Assembly: GCA_965285935.1 (NCBI GenBank)
Contig: OZ260665.1
Span: forward strand, 66,092,001-66,156,000
Length of the DNA stretch: 64,000 nt
Origin: Ophelia neglecta
Lineage: Eukaryota
Direction of reading: 5' to 3'
Made by a program: the position numbers and the translations under genes. The notes under the pieces were generated by a model, which was given only the letters and a program-made list of their open reading frames with translations, ran no database searches and was not told the origin of the DNA. This document shows, one piece after another, positions 26,926 through 38,740 of the stretch (positions are counted from its first letter, which is position 1; each line of letters begins with the position of its first letter).

Positions 26926-27264
26926 AGAGCTGGTTGGAAAATAAACATGTAAAAGCCAAAAAAGAAGGCATTGTGAGAGACGGCACTGGCAATGTTTCGT
27001 AGGAAAAGAAAGGTGAGGCTAAGAGTTTAAGAGATTCTATGCCCTGGAGTCATGCTGGTAGCAGCAGACTGGTGCCGTGAGGATCAAGAGATGATATAGA
27101 AATGGTGGTGTTTCTTGGCTAATTGCCTTAGTTAAACCAGCCGAGGTTGGTATAGGTGACTGGGTGGTGAAGTACGTCTAGGTAGTCAGACAGTGGCAGC
27201 CTAGTGCTGTGTCGGCGTGAGTGACGCTAGGATGAAAGTATTTGGAAAACGAATGGGCGAGAAC

Positions 27265-27990
27265 TCACTGAGCGACAACAGAGTCCATAGTATTGAGACC
27301 TAAAGGAAAATTCGAGCGTAGTCTGTACTGCCAAATTCTTTCAATGCGTTCCCGGGCAGGTCTGAAGGCTGCCGTCGGGGGTGTGTGGCATAAATCAAGG
27401 ACATATATGCAGATGTCCGAGAGTCCGTGGTGTCCATTTTTGGTAGAGAAATGGGGACCACAAGGGGTTGAGTCTTTTTCTGTGCTGATATCACGAAAGT
27501 GTTCACACATACGGGTACGGAGTTTCCGTTGTGTCTGGCCGACGTATTGAATGCCACAGCGTGTACAGCTGATACAGTAGATCAAATTGTTGGATTCACA
27601 GGAGACTCGTTTGCGTGCGAAAAATTGTTTGTTGTTGAATTTGCATCTTATTTTCCCCGAAGTGGAAAGACACAGGCAATATCTGCACGAAGGGCGGGTG
27701 CATGAGTGCATAGGCGTGTCAGGCCCTGGCCCCTCTGTGATAGCTTCGGGGCCTAGTGGTTGGAGGGCCGCGTGTACCAGTATATCACGGAGGTTTTTGG
27801 GGCGTCTGTAGCCGAAAATGATGGAAGTATCGAGAAAGTGTCGGGTGACCGTAGAGTAACCCAAAAGGTCCCAATTTTTGTTAATGATATTTCTAAAATC
27901 CCGGAAAGTCGGGTGGTACGTGGTAATAGCAAAGGTGCGGTTCTCAGTACCCGAGGGTGTCTGGGAGGGATAGTTAGGCGTGGGTGACAA
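27265..27990 (-). CDS. PLE ORF C-terminal fragment: RT-thumb/linker end, Cys-rich linker and GIY-YIG endonuclease (no RT core)
   Basis: TTYHP...IINKNWDLL...YRRPKNLRDILVHA (typical PLE linker), CTRPSCRYC knuckle, NLIYCISCTRCGIQYVGQT..LRTRMCEH (GIY-YIG with internal CxxC), HF..H, E..W..L..FPLGLN terminus. Confidence 0.92.
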   Translation of the reverse strand: MSPTPNYPSQTPSGTENRTFAITTYHPTFRDFRNIINKNWDLLGYSTVTRHFLDTSIIFGYRRPKNLRDILVHAALQPLGPEAITEGPGPDTPMHSCTRPSCRYCLCLSTSGKIRCKFNNKQFFARKRVSCESNNLIYCISCTRCGIQYVGQTQRKLRTRMCEHFRDISTEKDSTPCGPHFSTKNGHHGLSDICIYVLDLCHTPPTAAFRPARERIERIWQYRLRSNFPLGLNTMDSVVAQ

Positions 27991-28718
27991 AAGTGTCTCC
28001 CAGGCCTAACTATCCCTCCCAGACACCCTCGGGTACTGAGAACCGCACCTTTGCTATTACCACGTACCACCCGACTTTCCGGGATTTTAGAAATATCATT
28101 AACAAAAATTGGGACCTTTTGGGTTACTCTACGGTCACCCGACACTTTCTCGATACTTCCATCATTTTCGGCTACAGACGCCCCAAAAACCTCCGTGATA
28201 TACTGGTACACGCGGCCCTCCAACCACTAGGCCCCGAAGCTATCACAGAGGGGCCAGGGCCTGACACGCCTATGCACTCATGCACCCGCCCTTCGTGCAG
28301 ATATTGCCTGTGTCTTTCCACTTCGGGGAAAATAAGATGCAAATTCAACAACAAACAATTTTTCGCACGCAAACGAGTCTCCTGTGAATCCAACAATTTG
28401 ATCTACTGTATCAGCTGTACACGCTGTGGCATTCAATACGTCGGCCAGACACAACGGAAACTCCGTACCCGTATGTGTGAACACTTTCGTGATATCAGCA
28501 CAGAAAAAGACTCAACCCCTTGTGGTCCCCATTTCTCTACCAAAAATGGACACCACGGACTCTCGGACATCTGCATATATGTCCTTGATTTATGCCACAC
28601 ACCCCCGACGGCAGCCTTCAGACCTGCCCGGGAACGCATTGAAAGAATTTGGCAGTACAGACTACGCTCGAATTTTCCTTTAGGTCTCAATACTATGGAC
28701 TCTGTTGTCGCTCAGTGA
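27984..28718 (+). CDS. Inverted duplicate of the PLE GIY-YIG endonuclease ORF fragment
   Basis: Translation identical to the 27265-27990 (-) ORF from PNYPSQ onward; the alternative-frame ORFs are mirrored as well. Confidence 0.9.
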   Translation: MTKVSPRPNYPSQTPSGTENRTFAITTYHPTFRDFRNIINKNWDLLGYSTVTRHFLDTSIIFGYRRPKNLRDILVHAALQPLGPEAITEGPGPDTPMHSCTRPSCRYCLCLSTSGKIRCKFNNKQFFARKRVSCESNNLIYCISCTRCGIQYVGQTQRKLRTRMCEHFRDISTEKDSTPCGPHFSTKNGHHGLSDICIYVLDLCHTPPTAAFRPARERIERIWQYRLRSNFPLGLNTMDSVVAQ

Positions 28719-29677
28719 GTTCTCGCCCATTCGTTTTCCAAATAAATATTTGGCAATGGCTACTCAATAAACAGTGGCAACTCCTATTTGTACTAAGAAA
28801 TGGATAGAACAATATCAGCAAGAATTTGGTGGCAATTAACGTTTGGCTGGTTTAAATTATTTGTTCCTCACGACCCAATTATAGTAAATATATGCCTTTA
28901 ATTTGAACGAATGCCAGGTGTTATGTATTATGACATCATAACTATACCACTTGACTGTTATATCAGAACATCAGCACATATTATTGATTTTTGAGAGATG
29001 TAAGGTGTAATATTTGTATAAATAGATATTACCATATAAGTGTCCTATCCTGTTCCTATATTTCATTACCCTAGTTACCTAAATAACTATAAGTCTGAAC
29101 TGCCACTGGCGGTTACTTCTATAACTTAGACATTCTCTATCATACTGTCATTTGGCTTGTGTTGGTGATACTAATTTTAGATTGAAGTACATGTACATAA
29201 AGGTAGGATTAATCAGATGGGTGTCAAGAGGCTGGGTTTGACGTGGTCAATGGCAGTACAACTGCAGAGTCAAGGTTGTGTGAGGGGTGCCTTTTGCTGA
29301 CTAAGTTTAAACATTTACATTTTACTGTTGTTCTCATCAAACTCTTTCAGGTGATCAGTTTCAACAACTGTTAAGTAAAAAATGATCTGAAAATAAAGGA
29401 GTTGACATGAATTTAGATACAGTGACTGCATGTGCTGCACACTTGGTCACACATCCCTGGTTGCCCTCCCCTTGGATAACACCCCTCACACAGTTACACC
29501 CCTAGTTGTTACACCTCCTGTGGTTAACTTTTCAGTCCGTAAGGAGGGAAGGAGCCCTGGTCCTGCTGCAGATAAGCATCCAGTAGAAAATGACCATTGT
29601 TGTGGTCAGACCTGATAATAAATGACCACTATTTCCAGTTGGCTTGATGACCCTCTGTATGTATTATTTATCACCAG

Positions 29678-29720
29678 GCCTGACACCTATGGGCCTGACA
29701 CCTATGGGCCTGACACCTAT
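29678..29720. repeat. Short tandem repeat, about 3 x 15 bp (GGCCTGACACCTATG)
   Basis: Directly visible. Confidence 0.85.
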
Positions 29721-32700
29721 CACCAGCACGGCTGATTAATACACTCCATTCACCGGTAACATGTGGGAGATTGTGTTAAGACCAGGGGTCAAAAAGAAAA
29801 ATACAACCCCACTTTTCATTTGTAAATATATTAATACCACTTTAAACCACACATGCTTGTTTCCTGAATAAAATTGAGTTTTAAGTTGTCAAGCCAAGCT
29901 CTGATTTTCCTCAACTTTAGTGTATTAGGAAATAGTTAAGCTAGTGCAAACAACTTTAATTTACACTACGTTGAATTTTTCTTCAAGCTCTCGTGAACTT
30001 CAGAGTGTAACAGTTGGATAGTGCCTTCAAGATTTCAGTACTCTTTAAATTCTCTGGTCTTTACAATAATACAAAACATTTTTAACGTTAATATTTTGTC
30101 CTATGGTACGGGCCATTTACGTGTACATCTTCAAGCTTCAGTAGACACAGCCAGGATGGCAATGTGGGAAATATTGATATGACCTTAGTACGTTAAGGCA
30201 TGATCTGCTTTGATGTTTATTAAAATAAGTGGCTGAGAAGAAATTCTAGTTGTCTCGTTTCCATCTATACGTACAGCTGTGGATGTTGTACTGTGGTATG
30301 TATTATAGTGTTCCTGCTGAGAGCCAGGTTAGTTTGGCAGAAACCGTTTGGCAGGCCTGCATACACTGAATCACAGTGTGTGGATTGGCCCAGAGCCAGC
30401 CCTCTGAATGAAATACTACCTCATCCAAACTCCTACCTGATAGCCCTGCTAAGTCTACCCAGTACTGGGTCACTGAACACGGCTAGGTGTGCTCCACTTT
30501 ATACAGGGCTCACGGTCTGAGGTGGGCATTCAGGAAACCACAGGGACATTTTGAAGCAGACCTTATTCTTAACTTGGTGTTATACCACTTGTCCAAATTG
30601 ACTCCATCCCAGCTGCCAGGGTTACCTACCGGTACTAGAGATAGGTGTCTTACCTATGTGATATAGGTATCATGTATGGCTCCATGCCGACATTGAAGCC
30701 TTGTTCCAAGGATCTGATTGGAGTGTTGATATAAGCCCATACAAACAGGGATCGGTGTGTGTTTACACTGCACATTGGTCAACATGCACTGTGCCCACAA
30801 GGCCCCCAGGACGACCAACACCAAAGACCAATAACTTAGACTGCACCACAGATTCAGTGTCAAGGATTTTGGAATACCAATACCTGTCTTACAAAATCAC
30901 CCACTAACAAATCTGAAACTATCTGACTTTGACCCATTCCAAATAGGACTGCGAAACTGAAAACGTCATAGGAATACATTTGCTTTAGGCGGAAGAGCGG
31001 GGAAAACTTTGATATACTCGCATGTCATCACCTTTGAGTAAATATACATATACATGTACATGTATCTATTCATTGGTGTTTGAAGGTTGCCTATGAAGAC
31101 AAGATAGAAATCACCATTCCTTATGTACATGTAGCTAAACATTCCTTTACTGGCTGTTTTAAGAAAAGGTGATTCATCTCATGGTCATATAGGTCACAGA
31201 GATTTGGTAGTGGAAATGGATCTAGCTTGAACTAGGATATAATACTAACTCAAGGATATAAACTAACAGCTACCTCCTGATTGGATATCAAACTCATTGG
31301 ATAACACAGCTCATCTTTATCTGATAAGATACCTTAAACCATAGGATCAACAGAATTTAGAAAGTATCGGTAAGATTATCATTTAATGTATTCATTGCGT
31401 TGTTATGTACAAAATGACCACACGTGAATGACTGTGTCATCCTGTACCAGGTGCATCCTAAATTGTACTGCAGGATATTTGGTTTCATCACAAAAGTTAC
31501 CTGGGGTATAGCTTAATTCTTAATAATTTTGCAAAAATGAATTTATACATAATTATTTTAACAGCAAAAAATTGCCACTATGTTAAAGTACTCTCAAAGT
31601 CAGTACAAATATTGTTATACCACCAAGAGCAATATAGCAATGGACTTGAATCGTGAATCAAGACAAAATAACCAACTAGCTGAAATGGTAACATTCTGGT
31701 AAGATTTTGTAAAGTGCAACTTGTAAGTATTGTATGTGCACATCTTCTGCTGGCTGACAGATATCATATAAAGATGATATGTTTTGAGTTAGGAGTTTGA
31801 CCTGGTGTGGTGTTTTGGTGTTATCCCTGTGGGAGCAGTATTCAGTGTTTTATTGATGCGCCTAGCCTGTCACATTCCTGTCACCACACTTTATATTATC
31901 TGGTAAAACACATTCCGCAGAATCTAACACTGAATCTAAAGGAATGCCCTGGGGTAAAGTTAGCAGCTCTCCAGACAGCCTAGATTCCTGGGAGCAGGGA
32001 GATGTTCTTTCCTCTGAGAATCAATACAAAAGGAAATAAATTCACCCAAGAAATATTGACTTCCAAATGAAGTTGGAACAACTAGTACCAGCTGTCAGAG
32101 AAATTTACTTAATGGGGGGTGAAGCATGCCTTGCCCTTAAATTAGAGAGACACTTTAAGACAATTTAAGCCCTGCCTTACGGGACTGAGAACCACCAACT
32201 ACACTGTAGTGAGGTATTTTAAACCCACAAATGGAACCTTTATTATATTGGAAATGTTAAGGGATGTTAAACATGAACGAATGCTGTTAAAAAACATATT
32301 CCATTTCATGCATATCACCATAGGCTACAAGGAAAAAGCTAGTCTGTCCTTGCCTTATAACTGAAATTACAGTATACAGACACATTTACATGTTCATCAA
32401 TTATGTTTAATAAACTGCACAGATATTAACCTAAAAAAATAATAATGCAGCTCTTTCAAATAGAAAAGGAAAAGCTAGACAAACAAGACTTAGTATGCAA
32501 TACTAGTTTATCAGAGTCTGGCACAGACTTTTCAGTGATAGCCATTAATTTGGTGTATTAAATGATGCGTAGTATCTCAATTGGGTAACATCCATATTAA
32601 GAAGCCATGGGCGTGACATTATTCACCTGTACTTATTAACATCATGGCATCTTTAAACTTGTTTACAGAACCAGTCTATGCTGAGTGGTATTTTTAAAGC

Positions 32701-35700
32701 AGTTTTCTTTCGTATGTTTTGCATCTCACTTTAGCCTTCCCATTTTCATCACGACCCTGAACTTTTTTGCCTGAAAAAGAAAGACGAAGCCCACAGTAGG
32801 AAATGTGTACATTAAAGTCTTTTTTGTATAACACCCCTATAACTTTGATTACTTATATTGTCTGTGGTATGTTACATGCCACCAAATACCTTTTTCCCTC
32901 AAAATTGTAACAGTTTTATTAAGCATTTAAATAGACATTGGATAGCTGGTTTTGGACATGTTTAATAATTACCCCTGGAGCTTTGATCTAGTGTAGCTTA
33001 GTATAAAGTCATTTAGGGTCATAAGAATTCAGAACATCTTCCATCTGCCTGCTTTTAATTACCATTTCATGCCACCCCTGTCAGTCTGGAAATCTTATCA
33101 AAGAGCGCTGATGTTTTATTGAGGTGCTTAATGAAAGTCACATTCACCAATAAGGTGCATTCCTGTGTTAGCTAGTGAAACTGATAGGCATAGGTTCATA
33201 AAACTACCAAAATTCTAGACCCAAACCTCTTAAAACCATGAGACTTCTTGTGATTTGGGAAACATTTTTTTAATTTATCTATTTGCTGTGTCATTGTTAC
33301 CTCAGGAGGCATGCACTTGCTTAATTAAAAAGATAAATCAAGAAAAAAACCTGAAACACAACAGTGACTATACATACATGTATGAGCCTGTAGCTTCATT
33401 GTGATCTAAGTTTCAAAGTTCTAAAACTGTCTCGCTGTGGAGCTATTGTGACCCATGGTCGGTCAACGTAATGGAATGTTAAGTACAGGTATTATTATTA
33501 TTATTAGCCACCGGTTAATAAGATTACTATAAGTAATCCCCCTGTCTGTGGCTGTGTGAAGGGAGGTCCCTTCTGTAACCTGCCAGGCCCTGGTTAGGAG
33601 CCCCAGGTAAGGGGGCTGACAGGTAAACAGAGAGAAGAACATGATGATGTTTAAATGACAATTAATAAGCCCTTATCAGAAACAAAGAAGGACTGTAACG
33701 ACCCCTTGAAAATGACATGGGAGTTTAATGACAATTACATTAAAGTTTTAATAGCTATTAGATTTTGTTTACAAAAGATATTATGGGATATTCAGCCTTA
33801 AGTGTCAGGCATTATATTTTATTTTTTCAAACAAGAAAAGATGCTAGTTTTCAGAACTTAACCGATGTGGATAGGACTAGAGAATATGGATTGTGCACAA
33901 TACTTGCATTGATTGATTTTTGTTCTGTGAGACGGAGTAGCTAATATAATATCCTAATAGGTACAGGTATCAGTGTTTGCTATCCACAGAAAATCAATTG
34001 TCCACTAGTCTGTGTTACCCAGTAGTGTAGGCCATGTATACTATACACTTACATAGACATATATTTTGAATTTTTGATACTGTATATGGGAACAGCAAAA
34101 TAGTTCTGTAAGTTCTCATGCAAGTACAATAAAGTTTATAAATTGTGTCTCTAAAACATGCTACCAGGTAGATTATACAGGATCAAAAGCTCATTTAAAA
34201 TTGGTTATGGGCAAAATTAAAGCTGCGTAAGTCACAATTCTGCCATTTTTGTATGAATGAAATTCTTTATTAATTTTAACTTGATAAATTAATTAAATTG
34301 CACATTATGGTGCAACCAGGATTTCTCCTGACATCTCTGGACAAACATCACTTAGCTGATCATGTGGTTTGTTATTAGATTAACAAAGGAAGACACAAAT
34401 TGCTTTGCTTCATACACTTATTGGTGCATAACTATTATTGGTGTAGAATGTAAACTGGCAGAGATTGTGTATATCTTTGGGTACCGCCAAATGCATTAGT
34501 TTTCCACAAAGATAAGACATATCAGTGGCAAGGACTTAAATGGACAGTGAATGCTAAGAGCAATATGACACAGTAAATAACAAATTATATAGGGGTCATA
34601 CATACAACCTGTTTAGTTACAAGGTTACAACTTGCACTTTACGTGCTGACAAGGTGCCCACCTTGTATGAACATGTACATGTATATAAGGTGCAATTTTA
34701 TTGTGTTGATTATTATTAAAAATCACATTTTGCCCATGGCTGCATAATTTATTAATAATATACATTGTATGTACCAATGAACATTGTAATTACCAATTTA
34801 CCTCTGATAGTCAGATTTAGTGAAGCCTTCTACTCATATATATATAACTTTTCATATAATCTAGTGTTCATTAAATCAGTGCAATTATCTAGCAATTAAA
34901 AAAGCTGATTCCTGGTGAGAGCACTTTCATTGTGCAATGATTTAATGGCTTCCTACATTGAGTATGTATGAAGCATATTTACAATAACCTTTAAACACTA
35001 ATCAATCTGAGGTCTGTAGAATGAAAACAATAATAATAATCTTAAGGTAGTTGACATTATCATAGAATATCTACATGACCCTCTTTCTTATCACTTGAAG
35101 TAATGGTGTACAGGTACTCAAAGGGAGACTAGTATGTGGCCAGGATTTGGTATATGTTCATGTATTTAGAGTACTGCTAAAAAACACTACACATATATGA
35201 ACCTGTCTGCTTCTAAGTAAAAGGTGGCTACTTTACATTCTGGGTGGAAAAAAGGGCATTTATTATGGTAACACATTTGGTTTGATGTGCCAAACATTTA
35301 CCATTGAATACACAGTTTTCTTGTTCTGGTCAGAGGTTTTGGCTGTAAGTATGGGGCACTACATATACTGTACATGTGATCTATTTATTGTTTTACATAT
35401 TGTGTATCTTTAATTCTGATATAAATTCTAGTGCCTGTCAGTTTAATGATGCACATAATGTTTAAATGACATTAACATATATGTCTCCCTACATGGCACA
35501 CACAAGTTGTTGAGGACAATTTGAATGTAACAGATGTCTATATTCTAATTACATATCATGCATTTGTGAAGGTGCTAATGAAAGCCAAGCGACACTGAGA
35601 AATAGGAGGCTTAAAAATCATTGACAGTTGGTCTTTTCTAAAATTACACCTTAGACATCATTGTATTGTATATTTCAATAGTTCTGTCTTAATTATGTAC

Positions 35701-36171
35701 ATTTAATTGATTGTCATATATGTTGGTAAGGTAGATCCATTTAAATTAATAATTGTTTTTACACCCTTTTAATTTCACATTCATAATAAATGCATATGTA
35801 TTTCTTAATTGAGCAAATTCACTGCAATTTCATATTGTGATTCTTCTCTTGTGTTCATGAGCTGAATGAGGCTCTCTAATTTGTGATTTTTATGTTTACA
35901 GTTACCTCACAAGTCATAAATTTACAAAACTTTATGGGGTAATATTACATTAAAAACCTGGTGATATTTATATAAAACATCAGTTTTATTTTCATGTAGA
36001 AATACTTTAAAAAATATTGCTTTATACTCAATTTGATTGTATTTAAAAAAAAGTCATTTATGAAGTAGTCTGATGTTCATTTCAGCCTGTAGACTTATGT
36101 ATACAGGAATATCACCCTGTATTATTGCTCTCACCTTTCCTGACATTTATATTTACTGATTCTGCCATAAA

Positions 36172-36241
36172 ATGGTCCCAGACACAATGGTCCCAAACAA
36201 AATGGTCCCAGACATAATGGGCCCAGACATAATGGGCCCAA
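36172..36241. repeat. Short tandem repeat, about 5 x 15 bp (AATGG(T/G)CCCAGACA(C/T))
   Basis: Directly visible; produces the spurious GPLCL-repeat ORF on the minus strand. Confidence 0.85.
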
Positions 36242-38556
36242 GGGAAAAGTAGACAAATTGGTCATGTCAGTTACATGACGATTTTTTCTTCTCTTGCTGA
36301 TGGAACCTTTGTCTGTTTTTCCTCTTGAGACCATTATCTGGGTGACCACTGTGGCCAGGAACACCTTGTCTGTATATAACATTTACTGTAATTCCTGAGG
36401 AATGATATATATGTGTGGAGTCAGGTATCTAAGGACAATAATCTGGATTTGTTCAGATTTGTTGCAGGGTATTTTATGTGATAGGAATGAGCCTGATGCA
36501 CACTTCTGATAAAAAAGCTGTACTCCAACAAATGATCAGAGCCTTGTTCTAAGCTTGCAGAAGACTAAAATGAGTTGACTATCAAAAGAATGACATGGAT
36601 TGTTCGTAGATGGTTTCTGGATTGATCCACATTGCCTGCCCTACTGTGGAGTAAACAAAATCAAACAGATATGCTTTAAACCTACCACGTTCATTTAACA
36701 TGAACACCCATTATTATGGATTTTTGGGTCCCATAGATATTGTCTATTGATCAGCACTGGAATAACGAGAGATAGGAAAGAGCAGAGGACATAAGTGTAA
36801 AGGTCAACCTCTAGTAGCAGGCACTGAATCAGATTGTGTTTAATGCACCAATGCTGATATTTGCAATTCAATAAATTACTTCATTAAAGGAAAATTTATT
36901 GCCTGTGATATTCGTTTGAAACTTAATTGAGAATTTTGATTATTAGTAGTTTATGTTTGTTTTAAAAGATTACAATATTGTTTAGGGAACTTCATGAAAT
37001 GTCTGAAAAGTTCCCATTTGGCAGTGATGTTAGTGGAGTTTAACTTTGCAGCCATTTGATTTAAGCAGAGTTTGATATCTTAAGGTAACTAAGATACTAT
37101 AAATATATACTCCTCCATGAGTCTTCTATATGGAAGTTCCACATACAAATTGAGTCATCGAGATTCCAGGAATATCAGTCATCTATTAGGTGTGCCTATA
37201 CCTGAAGCACAGGGGATGTGGTTAGAGGACAGAACTTAGTCTACAAGCCTACTCCACTCCACAGATGAACTCCACAGACTTACTCAGAGATAATTAATGT
37301 CACTGCTTGAGTCACAGCAAGCCACAGATCCTGTAGTGTGAGCAACTTCAGGTGTCAATATACTCACCTCCAGACATGACCCATCCAGCAGAACCACTCC
37401 TCCCTGTGATCCACATGACCTCGGTGTAGATCAAAGAATTCCTAGTTTTAAGTGTAAAAGACCAAGTCTTTACTGTCATTTGTGTGACATCTAAAAACAA
37501 CATTTAAGGATGACTAATCCTGTCTTAAGTGGAATCCCAGACAACCATCCCCTATGACACTAGTCCTTTCATTGTGATTAGTAATTGCAATCGATGCCAT
37601 TGCTGTGACACACCTGGCAGTGCTGCTGGCTAGATGCTTTGAGCGTGTGTGAATGGTCACTTGGCACTGTTTATTTTAGGAATGATAACTACCTCTGGAA
37701 GATGTGCTAATCAGAAGTAAATACTGTCAGTGGATAAATTATTCTAACAGTTACTAACAACCCACTCACAACTGGTATTTATATATGTACTGCTGGATGC
37801 TGTTCAGAAAGAAGTATTTAACATTCTCAGTCACTGCGGCTGTGTGATACTCAAGAGGAAAATACTGATGTTGTGTCAAGACATTATGAAATGCACATAG
37901 CTGATTCATATTTCCATATGGAATACTCCAGACTAATTGTACAAAGAGACCTTCCCTTTGAGAGGAGCCAAGTTATGTCATGAGGAACAATGTGGGTTTT
38001 GATCGTAACTTGCCAGCCCGATGTGCCATCAGGCCCAGGTAAGGATGTCTTCTTAGTTGTCGGTCTGCCTGGGTAGTCAGAAATTACAGGTGTGGTTATC
38101 TGTGGGAGATCAAGTACAGGCACAGCTATTTATGGATTGAAAATCATTAGCATAGGTGGTAGAAAATTTTACGATCAAATAGAGTGCCATACTTGGACAA
38201 TTTGTGCCATTTCCTTGTATTTTGATTCAGCAGCTGGAGTTTGGCTAAGACCATGTGTAGATGCTGTACTGTTTGATAGTGTCCTTACCCAGGTGTGTGT
38301 GAATGGGAAGGTCTCTGTCAATATGGCTTAATGCTATTCAAATTTGAATATTAACTGCCAGTGTTTGTTTGCCAGATGGTTTAATCCCTTGCCAGGAAGT
38401 TCCAGGAATTACAGGTGAAATTAATGGCTGATGTGCGCTGCAAGCAAAAAAGATAGACAGGTGACATTGACCAATACACACCTGAAAGTTGAATAGGACT
38501 TCAGGTAGGCGGGGGGGGGGGGGGGGGGGGTATCCGGAAGGATGTGTGTGAGAAGC

Positions 38557-38740
38557 TGTGAGGGAGTGGGTACATATCTCTGAGACAAGCGAGGGAGGCT
38601 GTGAGGGTGTGGGGTACACATTTGAGGCCCAGCGTGTGAGGGTGTGGGGCTCACATCTCTGAGACCCGGTGTTGGAGGGTGTGGGGTACACATCTGAGGC
38701 CCAGCGTGTGAGGGTGTGGGGCTCACATCTGAGGCCAGAC
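38557..38740. repeat. G-rich minisatellite, about 5 x 35 bp with alternating variants (GTGAGGGTGTGGGG(TA/CT)CACATCTGAGGCCCAGCGT)
   Basis: Directly visible; follows a poly-G run at 38511-38529. Confidence 0.8.

Larger units (their letters stand above)
26516..28744. mobile_element. Penelope-like retroelement (Neptune/Naiad-type endonuclease), 5'-truncated, with inverted duplication
   Basis: Flanked by TSD TAAATATTTGGCAATG (26500-26515 and 28743-28758; the first 2 nt of the right copy overlap the element end). Minus-strand copy: endonuclease ORF plus about 750 nt of 3' region. Plus-strand inverted copy: 27994-28744. Confidence 0.93.

Noticed and set aside
27265-27990. Selenocysteine recoding as reported for some Naiad PLEs
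   Set aside because: No in-frame UGA in the preserved ORF and no SECIS element that I can support.
27293-28690. Mirrored small ORFs (85, 68, 74, 75, 156 aa) as separate genes
   Set aside because: They are alternative frames or antisense of the PLE ORF, duplicated by the palindrome.
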